DNA of 63,754 bases, filler included, from Chiloscyllium plagiosum (Eukaryota): assembly GCF_004010195.1 (NCBI RefSeq). It is 3 parts of one record of this genome, joined end to end, with 100 filler letters (N's around TTAATTAATTAA, not from the genome) between each part and the next. Parts side by side here need not be neighbours in the genome. Positions count along the whole stretch, not along the records: positions 1 to 16,925 come from NC_057710.1; 2 more parts are not named here. One strand, written 5' to 3'. Made by a program: the position numbers and the translations under genes. The notes below the pieces were generated by a model. The model saw only the letters and a program-made list of their open reading frames with translations. It was not told the DNA's origin and made no database searches. Of this stretch, positions 1-12,446 are shown one piece after another; position 1 is the first letter of the stretch; every line of letters starts with the position of its first letter.

Positions 1-780
1 AGAGGGAGAGAGACAAACATAACCATAATCGCAGAGAGAGAGAGAGAGAGACAAACATAACCATAATCAGAGAGACACACAAACATAACCATCATCACCA
101 TCACACAGAGAGAAGTACACAAACACCATAAAGGCAAGGGGGAAAGAGAGAGAGAGACGGACAGAAACATCTTCATACACTCCGGCGGGGGCTGGGGTCA
201 GGGACAGACATACATTTGCAGTTAGGGAGAGGGACACAAACACACTTATAAATTCGGGCAAAGGGTGTCAGAGACGGACAGACGCGGGGTGGGGTGGGGG
301 GTGATCAGTGACAGTCACGCCAAGGCGTTTGGGGAGGGAGTTGTTAGAGACAAAGATAGAAATACTCATAGAAACATTCAAGACAGGGAAAGGTGGAAGA
401 GGGAGATCAGACACACACACCGGTGAGAGGGCCAGATACAGCCTCAGATAGGGACAGAGACTTAGGGAGCGAAGGGGTGTCAGAGTGAGAGACACACGCA
501 CAGCCATCCAGAGTTGGGGTTCAGAGAAAGAGGCTCACAGCAACACGGTGAGAGACAGATAGGGAGAGAGGCTGTCGGAGGGAAAGAGACGGTAGAGGGG
601 TCATATACATAGAGATATACATACAAGGTCGGGGGGAGGGGTTCAGAGGAAAAATCTGCTACAGATAGGGCAAAGAAAGGCAAACAGGGAGAGATAGAAA
701 CACAGAGACGGGCAAACCAGAAGACACGGACAGCGCTGAACGGGACATAAAAGTCTGACAAACCAGGAGAGAGCGGGGAC
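1..780. repeat. Purine-rich (GA/AC) low-complexity region with short tandem units upstream of RAB28
   Basis: (GA)n tracts and the repeated unit GAGAGAGACAAACATAACCATAATC at 1-100. Strong A/G skew on the + strand throughout. Confidence 0.8.
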
Positions 781-905
781 AAGGAGCCCCGCACTAGGGG
801 CCTGGTCCGGCTGTGCCATGTCCGACTCTGAGGATGAAATTCACGACCGGCAGCTAAAAATCGTCATCTTAGGTGACGGCGCCTCGGGAAAGGTGAGTGG
901 TCGAG
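700..905 (+). promoter_or_regulatory. Small CpG-enriched 5' region / probable RAB28 promoter-5'UTR
   Basis: Many intact CpGs around the start codon and exon 1, in contrast to the CpG-depleted remainder. TSS cannot be determined. Confidence 0.5.
818..892 (+). CDS. RAB28: RAB28 (Ras-related protein Rab-28) coding exon 1
   Basis: GCC-ATG at 818 gives [25 protein letters not shown], with the P-loop start GDGASGK, followed by the donor GTGAGT at 893. Matches the vertebrate Rab28 N-terminus as I recall it ([25 protein letters not shown]). Confidence 0.96.
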
Positions 906-1029
906 ATCTTGGTCTGTGGATCAAAACCCAGTCAGGGACCCTGTCTTGTTTGCTGGGATCCCTCACCACAGCGAACATGGATGTAAATCATTCCTGATCC
1001 CGTGTATTAATTAATATTTTATATTGCAG

Positions 1030-1126
1030 ACTTCTTTAGCAATGCGTTTCGCCCAGGAAGCTTTTGGAAAACAGTACAAACAAACAATTGGATTGGATTT
1101 TTTTCTGAAAAGAATATCTCTACCAG
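1030..1126 (+). CDS. RAB28: RAB28 coding exon 2
   Basis: Acceptor TTGCAG ends at 1029. Translates as [32 protein letters not shown]+G (switch I, TIGLDF). Donor GTAAGA at 1127. 97 nt, phase 0 to 1, in frame with exon 1. Confidence 0.96.
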
Positions 1127-1794
1127 GTAAGAGTATTTAACAAAGTTTCATTCTGTGCACAGTGTAACAATATTAGTTTGAACAATATTATATGCTTAGT
1201 ATACATATTGGATCTGTGCGAATTTCCTGTATTGTTTTAAATTCTTAGCCCAACAAGTATAATGGAAAATGTCCCTGTGAGTTATCACCAAAGTGGCACA
1301 TTTGGGTCTTTGTCTTTCTTGGAGACGAGATTTTAGAGCTGTGGGACCTCAGGCAGGTAGACCTTGCATTGGTAGGGCGAGAGATGAGGTGTTTCTCTGT
1401 CCTCAGGAGGCCAATTAAGAAACAGCATCCGAGCTCATTACCAACTGGTAAGAGTGGGTGCTTGGTGGAGCTTCTTTCTCTCCATTGTATGCTGTACCTG
1501 AGCAATGATGTGACGAAGTGCTAAAGCCCATTAAGGGCCTCAAATTATCGTACTGGTGGATGGGCTGTCCATTGCTTTCCCTACTGCTGGTGGGGAAGAT
1601 CCAGATGGGTGAATGCAAGCAGGTCACCCACTGGATTCAAGATTCCACCCCCACCCCCATTTTTTAAAATTTACTGATGGGAAAGTGTTAAATTAAGTCT
1701 GGAATTAATGATTCAGATAGGTGTTGTTACATATTAAGCTCCCAAAAGCAGCAATGATTTCATGATCAAATAATCTAAGTTTTATTAAGAGAGA

Positions 1795-2060
1795 AATATT
1801 GCCCAGGAAACAAGAGAAAACACCCATTTCTTGTCTTCAAAATAGCCATGGGATCTTTTGTGATCATTTGAGAGGGTTGACAGCACTATTGTTGAAGATT
1901 ATCTGGTTGCCGTCTCTTTACTGTTGGAATTTGTTCTGCACAAATTGACTAATGTGTTTCCAACATTCCAAGATATAGAAAGTGCCTAACTATCTGGAAA
2001 GTGCTTTGTGATTTTCTAGGATGGCATGAAATGTACTGTAGAAATGTGAGTTTGTTTTCC
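1795..2060. mobile_element. Ancient Deu-domain-type SINE remnants
   Basis: CTTCAAAATAGCCATGGGATCTTTT resembles the Deu-domain core. The downstream piece (TGTTCTGCACAAATTGACT...AAAGTGCTTTG...GAAATGTACTGTAGAAATG) resembles a SINE 3' end with an L2-type tail. Recognised from memory. Confidence 0.45.
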
Positions 2061-2284
2061 CCCCTCTCTCACTTGCTTTTTCCGTCTTTTTTTTCTCTTT
2101 TCGTTCTCTATCCTTTGTCTTTTCAGTTTTCAAAGATATCCATTTAAACCTTGAAACACTGCTGTGAGTCACTGAATTGTACTTTTATTTTGTGTACTTA
2201 CAGCTACAACTTTCATTTGGAAACAAATTTTAATTTCAGGGAGCATTGATTTTTTTTGCTCAATTGGCAGTCTTATAGCTCTGC

Positions 2285-3555
2285 ATTGAGATCTCTACTG
2301 TGTGGACATTGAGGAAAACAGGTTTTACAAAATTTGTGAAGGAATAACTTTGGCTGAGCACCCTGGAGTCTTGCCCATTGGAAACGTACATCAGAACTTT
2401 GGGCACATGCCTATATGGGGACAAAACTGGCTGAGTGATAAGAAATGGCAAGTAGTGTTCAATGGACATTTTTCAGGTGGGAGGAAAGTTTGTAGTGGAA
2501 CTCCCCAGGTATTGGTATTGGGACCCTTGCTTTTGCTGATACATATATCAATATATCCCGACCTTGCTGCACAGTGGACGTCTTCAAAGTTGGCAGATAA
2601 GTCAAAATTTGGAAGAATTGTGAACTGTGAAGAAGACAGTGTTGCCTTCCAAAAGAACATAGACAAGTTGGTAGAGTGGACAGATAGGTGGCAGATGAAG
2701 TTCAATGCAGAGAAGTGTGAGGTGATACATTTTAATAGGAAGAACATGTGAAAGACAATATAAAATAGGGAGTACAAATCTAAAGGGTGCTTAGGAGCAA
2801 AGGAACCTGAGTGTATTTGTGCAGAGATTACTGTAGGTAGCAAGAAAGGTTGAGTGAGCAATTAATAAAACATAGCATTTATCCTCTGCTTTATTAATAG
2901 GGGCACAGAATACATGAGCAAGGAAGTAATGTTAGTTTGCTGAAGACACTTGTTAGATTTCACCTGGAGTATTCTGTACAATTCTAGTTGTCACATTCTT
3001 TGGAAGAATGCAAACACATTGGAAAGAGTGCACTAGTGATTTAAAAGGATGGTTCCAGGAATGGAATATTTCAGTTATGATAGCAGAATGAAGAGATTGG
3101 AAGTGTGCTTCTTGGAGAGTGGAAAGTTAAGAGGAGATGTGATCCAAGTTTCAAAATAATGAATGGGCTGGGTAAAGCGGGAAGGGAGAAACTGTTTTCA
3201 CTTGTAAAAGGATTAAGAGTCAGAGGCGACAGATTTAAACTGATTTGAAAAGGAGCATCTGTGATGTGAGGGAGAAAAACGTTTTCACATTGTGAGTAGT
3301 TATGGTATAGAATGCACCGGCTCAAAAAGTGGTGGAGGCAAGTTCAATTGAAGTATTCAAGAAGGTATTAGGTAAATAGTTGGATAGAAATAATTGCAAA
3401 GATATTAGTTGGGGGGGGGGGGCGGGGCAGCAAGGGTGTGGATGGTCAAGTAGGGAGATTGGCATTTGGTAATTTTTTTTTGAAGAGTTGGTGCAGACAC
3501 TTTGGGCTGAATAACCTCTTTCTGCTCCATAACACCTCTGTGAATCTATAATGTG
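2285..3555 (+). mobile_element. Degenerate CR1 LINE, RT 3' half plus 3' UTR
   Basis: ORF 2302-2751 has decayed GVPQGSVLGPLLF / SKFADD / WQMKFNAEKCEVIHF motifs, with stops and frameshifts downstream. Confidence 0.85.
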
Positions 3556-4389
3556 ATTTTTCAATATTTGTGAGGTGCGGTTTCTTCTTCCTCTCTCTTC
3601 TTACATGCTTGAAGACAGGGTAGGTTTGTAATTTTTTTTGTTGTGTGAATTGAATAGAGTTTCCTCGCAGTTTTTGAAACGATTTCTTGTCACTACAGAG
3701 CCTTTTAGCCCAATCAAGCAGCAAATGCTATATTTGATTACTGTACATCTATTAGTCCTGGACTGTGTAAAGGAGAAACTTCTTTACTTAATTTATAAAA
3801 AGTATATATTAATGGTCAAACCAAGCAGACGGGGAAATATAGAATTGAAAAACTTAAAGGTATCAAAAACAAAGCTGGGGTGAGAAAAGTAATTTGGAGT
3901 CAAGAACTAAAATGACTTGCAGTTTTACTAGTTGTTTTATCTTCAAAATAAGAGCGAGTGTTGTATTATAACCTCATCAATTTTTAAGGAATTGTTTTTG
4001 CACTGTGTATTTTGTTTTTTTTAAATTTATTTTAGCATCTATCATTCCTTTCTAGAGAGGTTTGTATATATTTCTCACAAAAGATTTGTCAAGTTTTGAA
4101 ATGCCTTGGTAGGATTTCCATGTCCCATAAAAGATAAGAATGAGGTGAAGCTGACTTTATCTTGTACAGTTTGGTGCTTCAAGGATCTCCAGTTTCTGAC
4201 TGAAAAGAACGCTCTCTTCTACATTAATTGTCAGCTTCTACAATAAGATAAAAGGCCTGTTATGGATCCTGTTAGATTAGATTTTCTGCTTTTTGCTTAT
4301 TAAGCAATGAGAACCTTGCCTTGCTCTCATTAGAAGTTGGCATTTTGACTTGTGTGCAGTTTAATTTGTTTTCCTTCCATCAGCATCTA

Positions 4390-4968
4390 ATTATGAACAG
4401 GACATTGGTTCGGCCACTGTTGGAATATTGCATGCAATTCTGGTCTCCTTCCTTTCGGAAAGATGTTGTGAAACTTGAAAGGGGTCAGGAAAGATTTAAA
4501 AGGATGTTGCCAGGGTTGGAGGATTTGAGCCATAGGAAGAGGTTGAATAGGCTGGGGCTGTTTTCCCTGGAGCATCGGAGGCTGAGGGGTGACCTTATAT
4601 AGGTTTATAAAATCATGAGGGACATGGATAGAATAAATAGACAAAGTTCTATGGATGGGGTAGGGGAGTCCATAACTAGAGGGCATAGGTTTAGGATGAG
4701 AGGAGAAAGATATAAAAGAGATCTAAGGGGCAACTTTTTCACGGAGAGGGTGGTACGTGTATGGAATGAGCTGCCAGAGGAAGTGGTGGAGGCTAGTATA
4801 ATTGCAACATTTAAAAGGCATCTGGTTGGGTATATGAATAGGAAGGGTTTGGAGGGATATGGGCCAGGTGCTGGCAGGTGGGACTAGATTGGGTTGGGAT
4901 GTCTGGTCGGCATGGACGGTTGGACTGTAGGGTCTGTTTCCGTGCTGTACATCTCTGTGACTCTATGT
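4390..4968 (+). mobile_element. CR1 LINE 3' fragment
   Basis: RTLVRPLLEYCMQFWSP...RRLRGDL and FFTERVVRVWNELPEEVVEA motifs, ending in a GACTCTAT tail. Confidence 0.9.
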
Positions 4969-5654
4969 AATACTCAGGTAAAATTAATCTGTGCGTGGAA
5001 GAAATCATCCATTTAAAGCTCAACAATCTTCTGTCACTAATATGGCCAAATGTAAGGATTTTGTGAATGTGTTGTGATTGAGCAGAGGGGGGAAATATCA
5101 CTGACCCCAGAATCATATGCATAGAAGGAGGCCATTCAGTCCATTGTGCCTGCACTAGCTCTTCAAATGAGCATATGGAAAAAATGCTATTAAAGCTATT
5201 GCCACTCGGAGACAGACCACTGAACCACATCAGCCTGTTTTGTCTTTGCAATACATAAAAACTAAAACTTTCAAAGACCCTCAAAAATTGACCCCCATGA
5301 TTCCTTAGCTGAGTTTTGAATAACCAATGCAAGTCTTTGAGAATAATGAATTCTTGACAACCAGTTTGTATCTTAAAATAACTTAGCAATTTATGAACAA
5401 CGCAATAACTTTAGTCAAGCAAAATTAAACGAAGTTAAATATGTTGGTCTATGATATAAATCCAAATATCTTTATTTTCAGCCCCAGCCCCATTCACACT
5501 AAGTACAGGCAAACAAGCATAGTTAAGGTATAAATTTTGAAAAAACAAAATTCTACAGGCACAGATAGTGATCTCTTCATTGATTTTTTGAAGATGTTGA
5601 TCATTCAAAACCTTTCTGGAGGAGGGTCACTGAACTCAAACTATTTACTTGGCT

Positions 5655-6437
5655 TTCTGGCCACATGGGCTGAGAAGTGGCAGATAGAGTTTAATTTAGA
5701 TAAATGTGAGGTGCTCCATTTTGGGACAGCAAATCTTAGCAGGACTTATACGCTAAGTCCCAGGGAGTAAGGTCCCAGGGAGTGTTGTTGAACAAAGAGA
5801 CCTTGGAGTGCAGGTTCATAGCTCCTTGAAAATGGAGTTGCAGGTAGATAGGATAGTGAAGAAGGCGTTTGGTATGCTTTCCTTTATTGGTCAGAGTATT
5901 GAGTACAGGAGTTGGGAGGTCATGTTGCGGCTGTATAGGACATTGGTTAGGCCACTGTTGGAATATTGCATGCAATTCTGGTCTTCTTCCTATTGGAAAG
6001 ATGTTGTGAAACTTGAAAGGGTTTGGAAAAGATTTACAAGGATGTTGCCAGGGTTGGAGGATCTGAGCTACAGGGAGACGCTGAACAGGCTGGGGTTGTT
6101 TTCCCTGGAGCGTCGGAGGCTGAGGGGTGACCTTATAGAGGTTTACAAAATTCTGAGGGACATGGATAGGACAAATAGACAAAGTCTTTTCCCTGGGGTC
6201 GGGGAGTCCGGAACTAGAGGACAACTTTTTCACGCAGAGGGTGGTACGTGTATGGAATGAGCTGCTAGAGGAAGTGGTGGAGGCTAGTACAATTGCAACA
6301 TTTAAAAGGCATTTGGAGGGATATGGGCTGGGTGCTGGCAGGTGGGACTAGATTGGGTTGGGATATTGGTCGGCATGGATGAGTTAGACGGAAGGGTCTG
6401 TTTCCATGCTGTACATTTCTATGACTCTATGACTATG
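5655..6437 (+). mobile_element. CR1 LINE 3' fragment with internal deletions
   Basis: ORF 5808-6260 (DRIVKKAFGMLSFI...LYRTLVRPLLEYCMQFW) and a (ATGACTCT)-type tail. Confidence 0.9.
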
Positions 6438-6549
6438 TGCTGCCACACCTGCTGAGTTTCTCCAAAAATTTCTGTTTATGTTTCAGATCTTCAGCATTTG
6501 CAGTGCTTTTTATTCCAGAAAATATTACTCTCGTAGATAATGTATACTT

Positions 6550-7020
6550 AGAGTCATAGAGCTATACAACTTGTCCATGCCGACCAGATATCCTAACCTA
6601 ACCTAGTCCTACTTGGGAGCACTGGGCCCATATCCCTCCAAACTCTTCCTATTCATATACCCATCCAGATGCCTTTTTAATGCTGCAATTGTAGCAGCCT
6701 CCATTACTTCCTCTGGCAACTCATTCCATACACACACCACCCTCTGCGTGAGAAAGTTGCCCCTTAGGTCCCTCTCACCCTAAACCTATGCCTTCTAGTT
6801 CTGGACTCCCTCACCCCAGGGAAAAGATTTTGTCTATTTATCCTATCTATGCCCCTCATGATTTTATAAATCTCTATAAAGTCACCCCTCCGCTTCCGAT
6901 GCTTCAGGGAAAACAGCCCCAGCCTATTCAACCTCTCCCCATAGCTCAAATTCTCGAACCCTGGCAACATCCTTGTAAATCTTTTCTGACCCCTTTCAAG
7001 TTTCACAACATCCTTCTGAT
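6550..7020 (-). mobile_element. CR1 LINE 3' fragment (tail-to-tail with previous copy)
   Basis: ORF 6764-7006 on the minus strand (KLERGQKRFTRMLPG...RRGDFIEIYKIMRG). AGAGTCATAG tail at the left. Confidence 0.9.
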
Positions 7021-7639
7021 TGGAGGGTATCCCTTTCTGCCATATTCATTATATTTAAATGAAGTGATTGTGTCATATTCATCTGTATTCAATTACAGTT
7101 CGGTGATGCATTCTATCTTAGTGATCTCCAAGGCAGATGATGTTCTTTTCAGTGAGGTTTCTGCTGTGTTTTTCTGCCATTACTTTCCTACCGCTGCAAC
7201 TTCTTGCAATCTTTTATACAAGCATTTTTCACCGCTTTTGCCAGTATCCAAAGTATATGCCTTTTTCTTGTTTCTTTTGCTGATTTGTCACCAAACATTT
7301 GAATATTACATCCCAAACTAGTGCTCTTAATACCACTCTTTTATTCTCCCTTCTAATAGTTCTACACGACAATCCCACTACTTAAAAGCCAAATATTTAA
7401 ACGGTATTATTTTCTAACAAACAGTAAGCCGTGGGAGATCTGTTCATTTTTATCTTCTTTCTTTACAACTCCTATGGTGACTTCTTCTTGGGAGGCAAAA
7501 CAAAGATGTGATTTGGTCGCAGGGGCCATGCTGTCACAGTGTTTGGATGGCTTAAGTAATGAAGGTACAATTAGTGAGGTGGTGTTGGGTATCTAGTAAT
7601 AGGCATGTTATTTTCATCCTTGAACTGAGAGTCCTTTAA

Positions 7640-8690
7640 AATTGCAATCGTATTGCACAGTATCTGTGCCAACTTTTTGAAAGAGCTGTGCAGTTTATTG
7701 CCACACACCAGTTTTTCCTTTACTCAACAAGTCAGTCATCTTGAATTATATGTCTGTCATCATTTGAAATTTCCTCTGGAATTTGATTTTTGCTCCAGAT
7801 ATGTGTAAAGTAATTTCTGCTTATTTCCCCTCTTTTTTTTGCCAGTTACTTAAAATCTATGACTTCTGATTACCGACTCTCTTGTCAGTGGATATCATTT
7901 CTCCCTACTTGCTTTGTTAAAATGACTCATCGCTTGGAATCTTTTCAGGAGTGGGAACAATTTTTCCCCATCTACTTTGACCAGACCACATTCAGTTTTG
8001 AAAACACTGTCAATTTTCCTCTTCAAGGAAAATGATCTGAACTTCTCCAATCTGTCTTCACAACTGTCATTTCTCATCATTCATGTAAACCTCTTCACTG
8101 CTTTCACATCCTTCTTGAAATGTGGTAACCAGCATTGTACACATACTCCAGCTGAGGTATAACTAGCATCTCATACAAGATCAGCATAACCTCCTTATCC
8201 TTGAATTTTGTGTTGCTCTGAATAAAGCTCCTGGTACTGTATGCTTTTTAAACTGCTCTTTCTACCTGTCCTGCTTCCTTTCATGATTTTTGTACATATA
8301 TACCGAGATTTATTTGCTCCTGAATTGGAAACCTTGCTTTTCCTGAAATATATCAGTGACTTTGATGTGCAGGAAATAATTTCAAAATTTGCAAATGATA
8401 CAGAACTTGGAAGCATTATCAACTGTGAGGGGGACAATGTAGAGCTTTAAAAGAATATGAACAAATTGGTGGAATGGACTGAAAAGTGGAACATGAAATT
8501 CAATATGAGAAGTGTGGAAGTGATACATTTTAGTACAAAAAGTATAAAGGAAACTATAAAATAAATAGTTTTATTCAAAAACAGTATGTAAGAGCAAATA
8601 AATCTTGGTATATATGTGCAAAAGTCATGAAAGGAAGCAGGACAGGTAGAAAGAGCAATTTAAAAAGCATACAGTACCAGGGGCTGAAAC
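7640..8690. mobile_element. Old CR1 remnants (minus ~7640-8290; plus ~8345-8690)
   Basis: Decayed CR1 3' motifs on the minus strand, and ISKFANDTELG (KFADDTKLG-like) on the plus strand. Confidence 0.65.
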
Positions 8691-8755
8691 ATCAGGAGAA
8701 CCCAGAGAGAATACCTTTTGTTATTAATTTCCTCTGGTTGAGAGCTTGACCATAA

Positions 8756-9078
8756 GTGGTAGCTCAGTGTTTAGCACTGCTGCTTCTCTGTGCCAGGAAA
8801 CTGGGTTTGATTCCACCCTCGGGCAACTGTCTGTGTAGTTTCTCTGAGTTCTTTGGTTTCCTCCCACTGTCCAAAGATGTGCAGGCTAGGTGGATTGGCA
8901 GTGCAAAATTTCCCATGGTGCCCATGGATGTGCAGGCTAGGTGGAATAGCCAAGGGAAATGCAGGATTACAGGGATACGGTAGGAGGTGGGTTTGGGTGG
9001 GCTGCTCTTTGGAGATTGATGTGAACTAACTGGGCCGAATGGCCTGCTTCTGCACTGCAGGGGATCTATGATTCTATG
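8756..9078 (+). mobile_element. tRNA-derived SINE (HE1/V-SINE-like) with CR1-type tail
   Basis: A-box GTAGCTCAGTGTTTAGC, B-box-like GGGTTTGATTCC, central GGTTTCCTCCCACTGTCCAAAGATGTGCAGG, 3' ATGATTCTATG. Confidence 0.8.
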
Positions 9079-11239
9079 AAACCATCCTTGGACAGCAACA
9101 AAGTGGTTGATTCAGCTCTTGTATCTTCAGTGTAACTGTGTAATTGTTTGCTATATTCACGAGAGTGGTTGAGATCATTCCTTTGACGTTTTAGTCCTCC
9201 CCCCTTTTTGAGCACAGTTGTCTTGCCTGCAGTTCATTATTTATAAACACTGTGTAGGGGTTGCAGGGAGGAGTTCACTTTTTGATCTCTGAAAATATTT
9301 CCAATAAGATTCCAGCCAGGGTGCTGGAATAATCGGCACTTGTGATTACACACTGTGAAAGGCAAAGAAGTTCACTATTCTTTTTTCTATCTACAGAATG
9401 TATTGCAGCAGTTCACCAGGGCTACCTTGAATGTGTTGCATAGTTCTGTGATGAAGGTGGATAAGAGCAGTAACACTGCAGATACTGTAGCATTTCTTTC
9501 TTAGTTTCTTTCTAAGTCGTACTGCTATAATTTGGATCTTGGTATCACTATTCCTTTATCACTTGGTAAAAATTCTACAAATTCCAACCTCACATTATCT
9601 GTGCAATGCTAGCTGTGGTTCAAGAGGGTCTGGGCAGCTAGGAATAGGTGTTAAAAGTGATTATGCCAGAATTTGCATTGAACCTTGTACACACTGAATA
9701 TTTTGATACAGACACTGTCTGCTACTGCACACTTTTATCACTTCTGTGTTAAATTTACTTATTTTGATAAAAATATTTAGATAAAGACCTTTGAAAATTT
9801 AAATTTCAGGCAGTTCATTGGATTTGCTTCAGAAACAATCCGCTTCTATGAATTATTTATTTTTCAAAAAATCTTACCCTCACATTTACATAACATGTTC
9901 ATAATTTCTTTGGCTTAAGTTTGAGATGCAAAAGAAATACCCTTCTTTCACTTCGGTGGCTGGCAACATAGAAGACTCACACCGACTTAGGTTACAAATA
10001 AAAATACGAAAAGATTAAAATTGAGTGCAAGCATTTTCAATTCTATGTGAAATATTTAGCACTGAAGAATTAAAACTTGAGGATTTTTTTATAGATTAAC
10101 ATATTACTGATTGATTGGCAACTATATTTGGGAAAAAAATTGCTAAGTGTTTTGAAACTATCAAAACATCAAAATGATGGTCAAGGAGCATTTGCTGCAA
10201 CGAGTCAGCTTGAAAGAGATGAGTTATTGTCCCATCTTACATGGTCTCATAGAGTTTTGATTAATATAAAATATACCTTTTCTTAAAGGATCCACTGTAA
10301 AATATGTTTTAACTAGTCATTTGGGTGGCATCCAGTAAATAAGTTTATTCCCATGAATGGATTATTTCAGTCTTCTTAATGAAAAATAGCCAAAGTAATG
10401 TTTTTAGTTCCATCCTTGGCTTTTGACACTTAAAATAAGGTTAAGAGTTGTGCCAAAAATATTTTACAACGTTAATGCAAGTCCCAGTGGTGGTTTTAAA
10501 TTCAACCCAGTATGAACTGGTCAGTGTGCTGGCCTAATGTTTTTAATGCAATGAATGTAAAATTTGTTGTTTTTTGTTTATTTCCTCTATTCGTACAATT
10601 TGTCACTTTCTTCCTGTAATATATGGTTGTAGAAAAGAGAGACAGTCCTTGAAACTCTCTCAAAAAGATTTCTATTGTGCGTTTGTTAAATGTCTGCTCT
10701 CGAATGTATTAACTGTAGTTGCCAAATGTAGACTGCTGCAAAATACATGGTCCTAAACTTTAAACACTGAATTGTTTGGTTAGTCTGTACTTCAGACACT
10801 AATCTGATATGAATAGAAATATTATATGGCTTATTGCATATTCAATTTTATAATGGCTAATGTAAACGTACATTTAATATCTAGATTCTTTTGTGTCTCC
10901 ATATTTAGATACTGTGTTTAGATATTTGCATGATTTTAAGATTAAATTTTTGTAAGAGTTGAGACAAAATAAATACACATCCAGTGATCCTTGCATTTAG
11001 TTATTATAGTTATTTAAATGAGGATTAATAATTAAGCAGCAGGTTTGATGTGCCGAATTTGTATTGAATATTTTGATCAACCTTTCAAAGGAAGCAATTC
11101 TATCTACGATGATGGTTTCACTTTAACTTTTGCTACTCCACCAGCACTGTGGTAGAATGGGACGTTGACTGAAATCATTTACTTATTTTTGTATGTTGGA
11201 AAATTTAATTTTAGTTCATGTACAACTGGTTCTAAATGT

Positions 11240-11443
11240 GGGTGTAGGTTTGCTCGTAGAGCTGGAAGGTTCATTTTCAGACTTTTCGTCACCATACTAG
11301 GTAACATCTTCAGTGAGCCTCCAGATGAAGCATTGCTGATGATTCGAAGATGTTACCTAGTATGGTGACAAAATGTCTGAAAATGAACCTTCCAGCTCAA
11401 CGAGCAAACCTACATCCAGAACCTCAATCTGAGCTACAAATCG
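11240..11443. mobile_element. Non-autonomous Penelope-derived fold-back element
   Basis: 14-bp TSD CTGGTTCTAAATGT (11226-11239 / 11444-11457). Inverted arms at 11241-11311 and 11346-11417. Sequence is homologous to the terminus of the PLE at 61397. Confidence 0.85.
11277..11316 (-). ncRNA. Minimal hammerhead ribozyme motif
   Basis: Minus strand reads CTGAAGA-T-GTTACC-TAGTAT-GGTGAC-GAAA-AGTC. Core and stem II are intact, with one change in the ACGT stem III. Confidence 0.6.
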
Positions 11444-11478
11444 CTGGTTCTAAATGTACTGATCTCTTTCTTATATAG

Positions 11479-11567
11479 GTAATTTAAATGTTACACTGCA
11501 AGTCTGGGATATAGGTGGGCAAACTATCGGAGGAAAGATGTTGGACAAGTACATTTATGGAGCTCAG
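11479..11567 (+). CDS. RAB28: RAB28 coding exon 3
   Basis: Acceptor TCTCTTTCTTATATAG ends at 11478. Translates as (G)[29 protein letters not shown] (DxxGQ motif WDIGGQ). Donor GTAAGA at 11568. 89 nt, phase 1 to 0, in frame with exon 2. Confidence 0.96.
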
Positions 11568-12274
11568 GTAAGAACTTTCTTATTAACCTTCATAAATACT
11601 GAAATAAGGTAAGTATCTAGATTTAATATTAATATTAATTTTATTTTCTGTAATAAACACCTAGATTGTGAAACTTTAAAATAAGAATATTTGTGCATTT
11701 CTACGACTTTTAAGTCATTGCCCTATTAAAAGAGATTGTTGAAATGATTTGAATTTCCTTATATTTACAGAGACTGGGTTGTGCAAGAATATTTTAGAAC
11801 TGAAATAGTTGCATAATCAATAAGTTTTGTGCAGATGCATTTAAATTGGTCAACGTTCATAGTTGTAGACTAATGTATTAGGTTGTACGTAGAAGTCCAC
11901 GTGTAACGCAACAGCCTTCTATGTGTCTTTACCATTGTTGGCAACTGTTGCTGTCAGAAGTGGTATGCATTTAAGCAAACTTGCTTTCCTGTGTCATTGT
12001 CTGTATTGTGCTTTATTACATTTTAATTGTATACCTGAAAGTTCTGTTGTACTCAGTGCAAAATTTAAAATGGTACACTTACGACTAAACCAAGAGTAGA
12101 TAAGTGGTGTTTTGCGTGGGCATAATGAATTCAGATTTAATTAATACCAGACTTAACATTTAGTTTTAATGTAATTATTTCATGAATAAAACAGACCTTA
12201 CCTTGAATTTCTTGCAACTTTGTACAGTTATTTTTGGGATTCCATAAGAGTGATTAGATATGTATAATATTTAA

Positions 12275-12446
12275 GACCATAAGACATAGGAATGGAAGTA
12301 AGGCTATTCGGCCCATCGAGTCCACTCCGCCATTCAATCATGGCTGATAGGCATTTCAACTCCACTTACCCGCATTCTCCCCATTGCCCTTAATTCCTTG
12401 AGGAATGTAATTTTGAGGAATGTAATTTTGAGGAATGTAATTTTGA
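12275..12446 (-). mobile_element. Short CR1 3' end followed by a 15-bp tandem repeat (x3)
   Basis: AGACCATAAGACATAGG tail and GGCTATTCGGCCCATCGAG stem, then (TTGAGGAATGTAATT)x3 at 12398-12446. Confidence 0.75.

Noticed and set aside
67..794. Minus-strand ORFs rich in L/S/V/C
   Set aside because: These are artefacts of the GA-rich low-complexity tract.
5441..5480. ATGTTGGTCTATGATATA (MLVYDI) as RAB28 exon 4
   Set aside because: Similarity stops after five residues, there is no suitable acceptor, and it lies upstream of exon 3.
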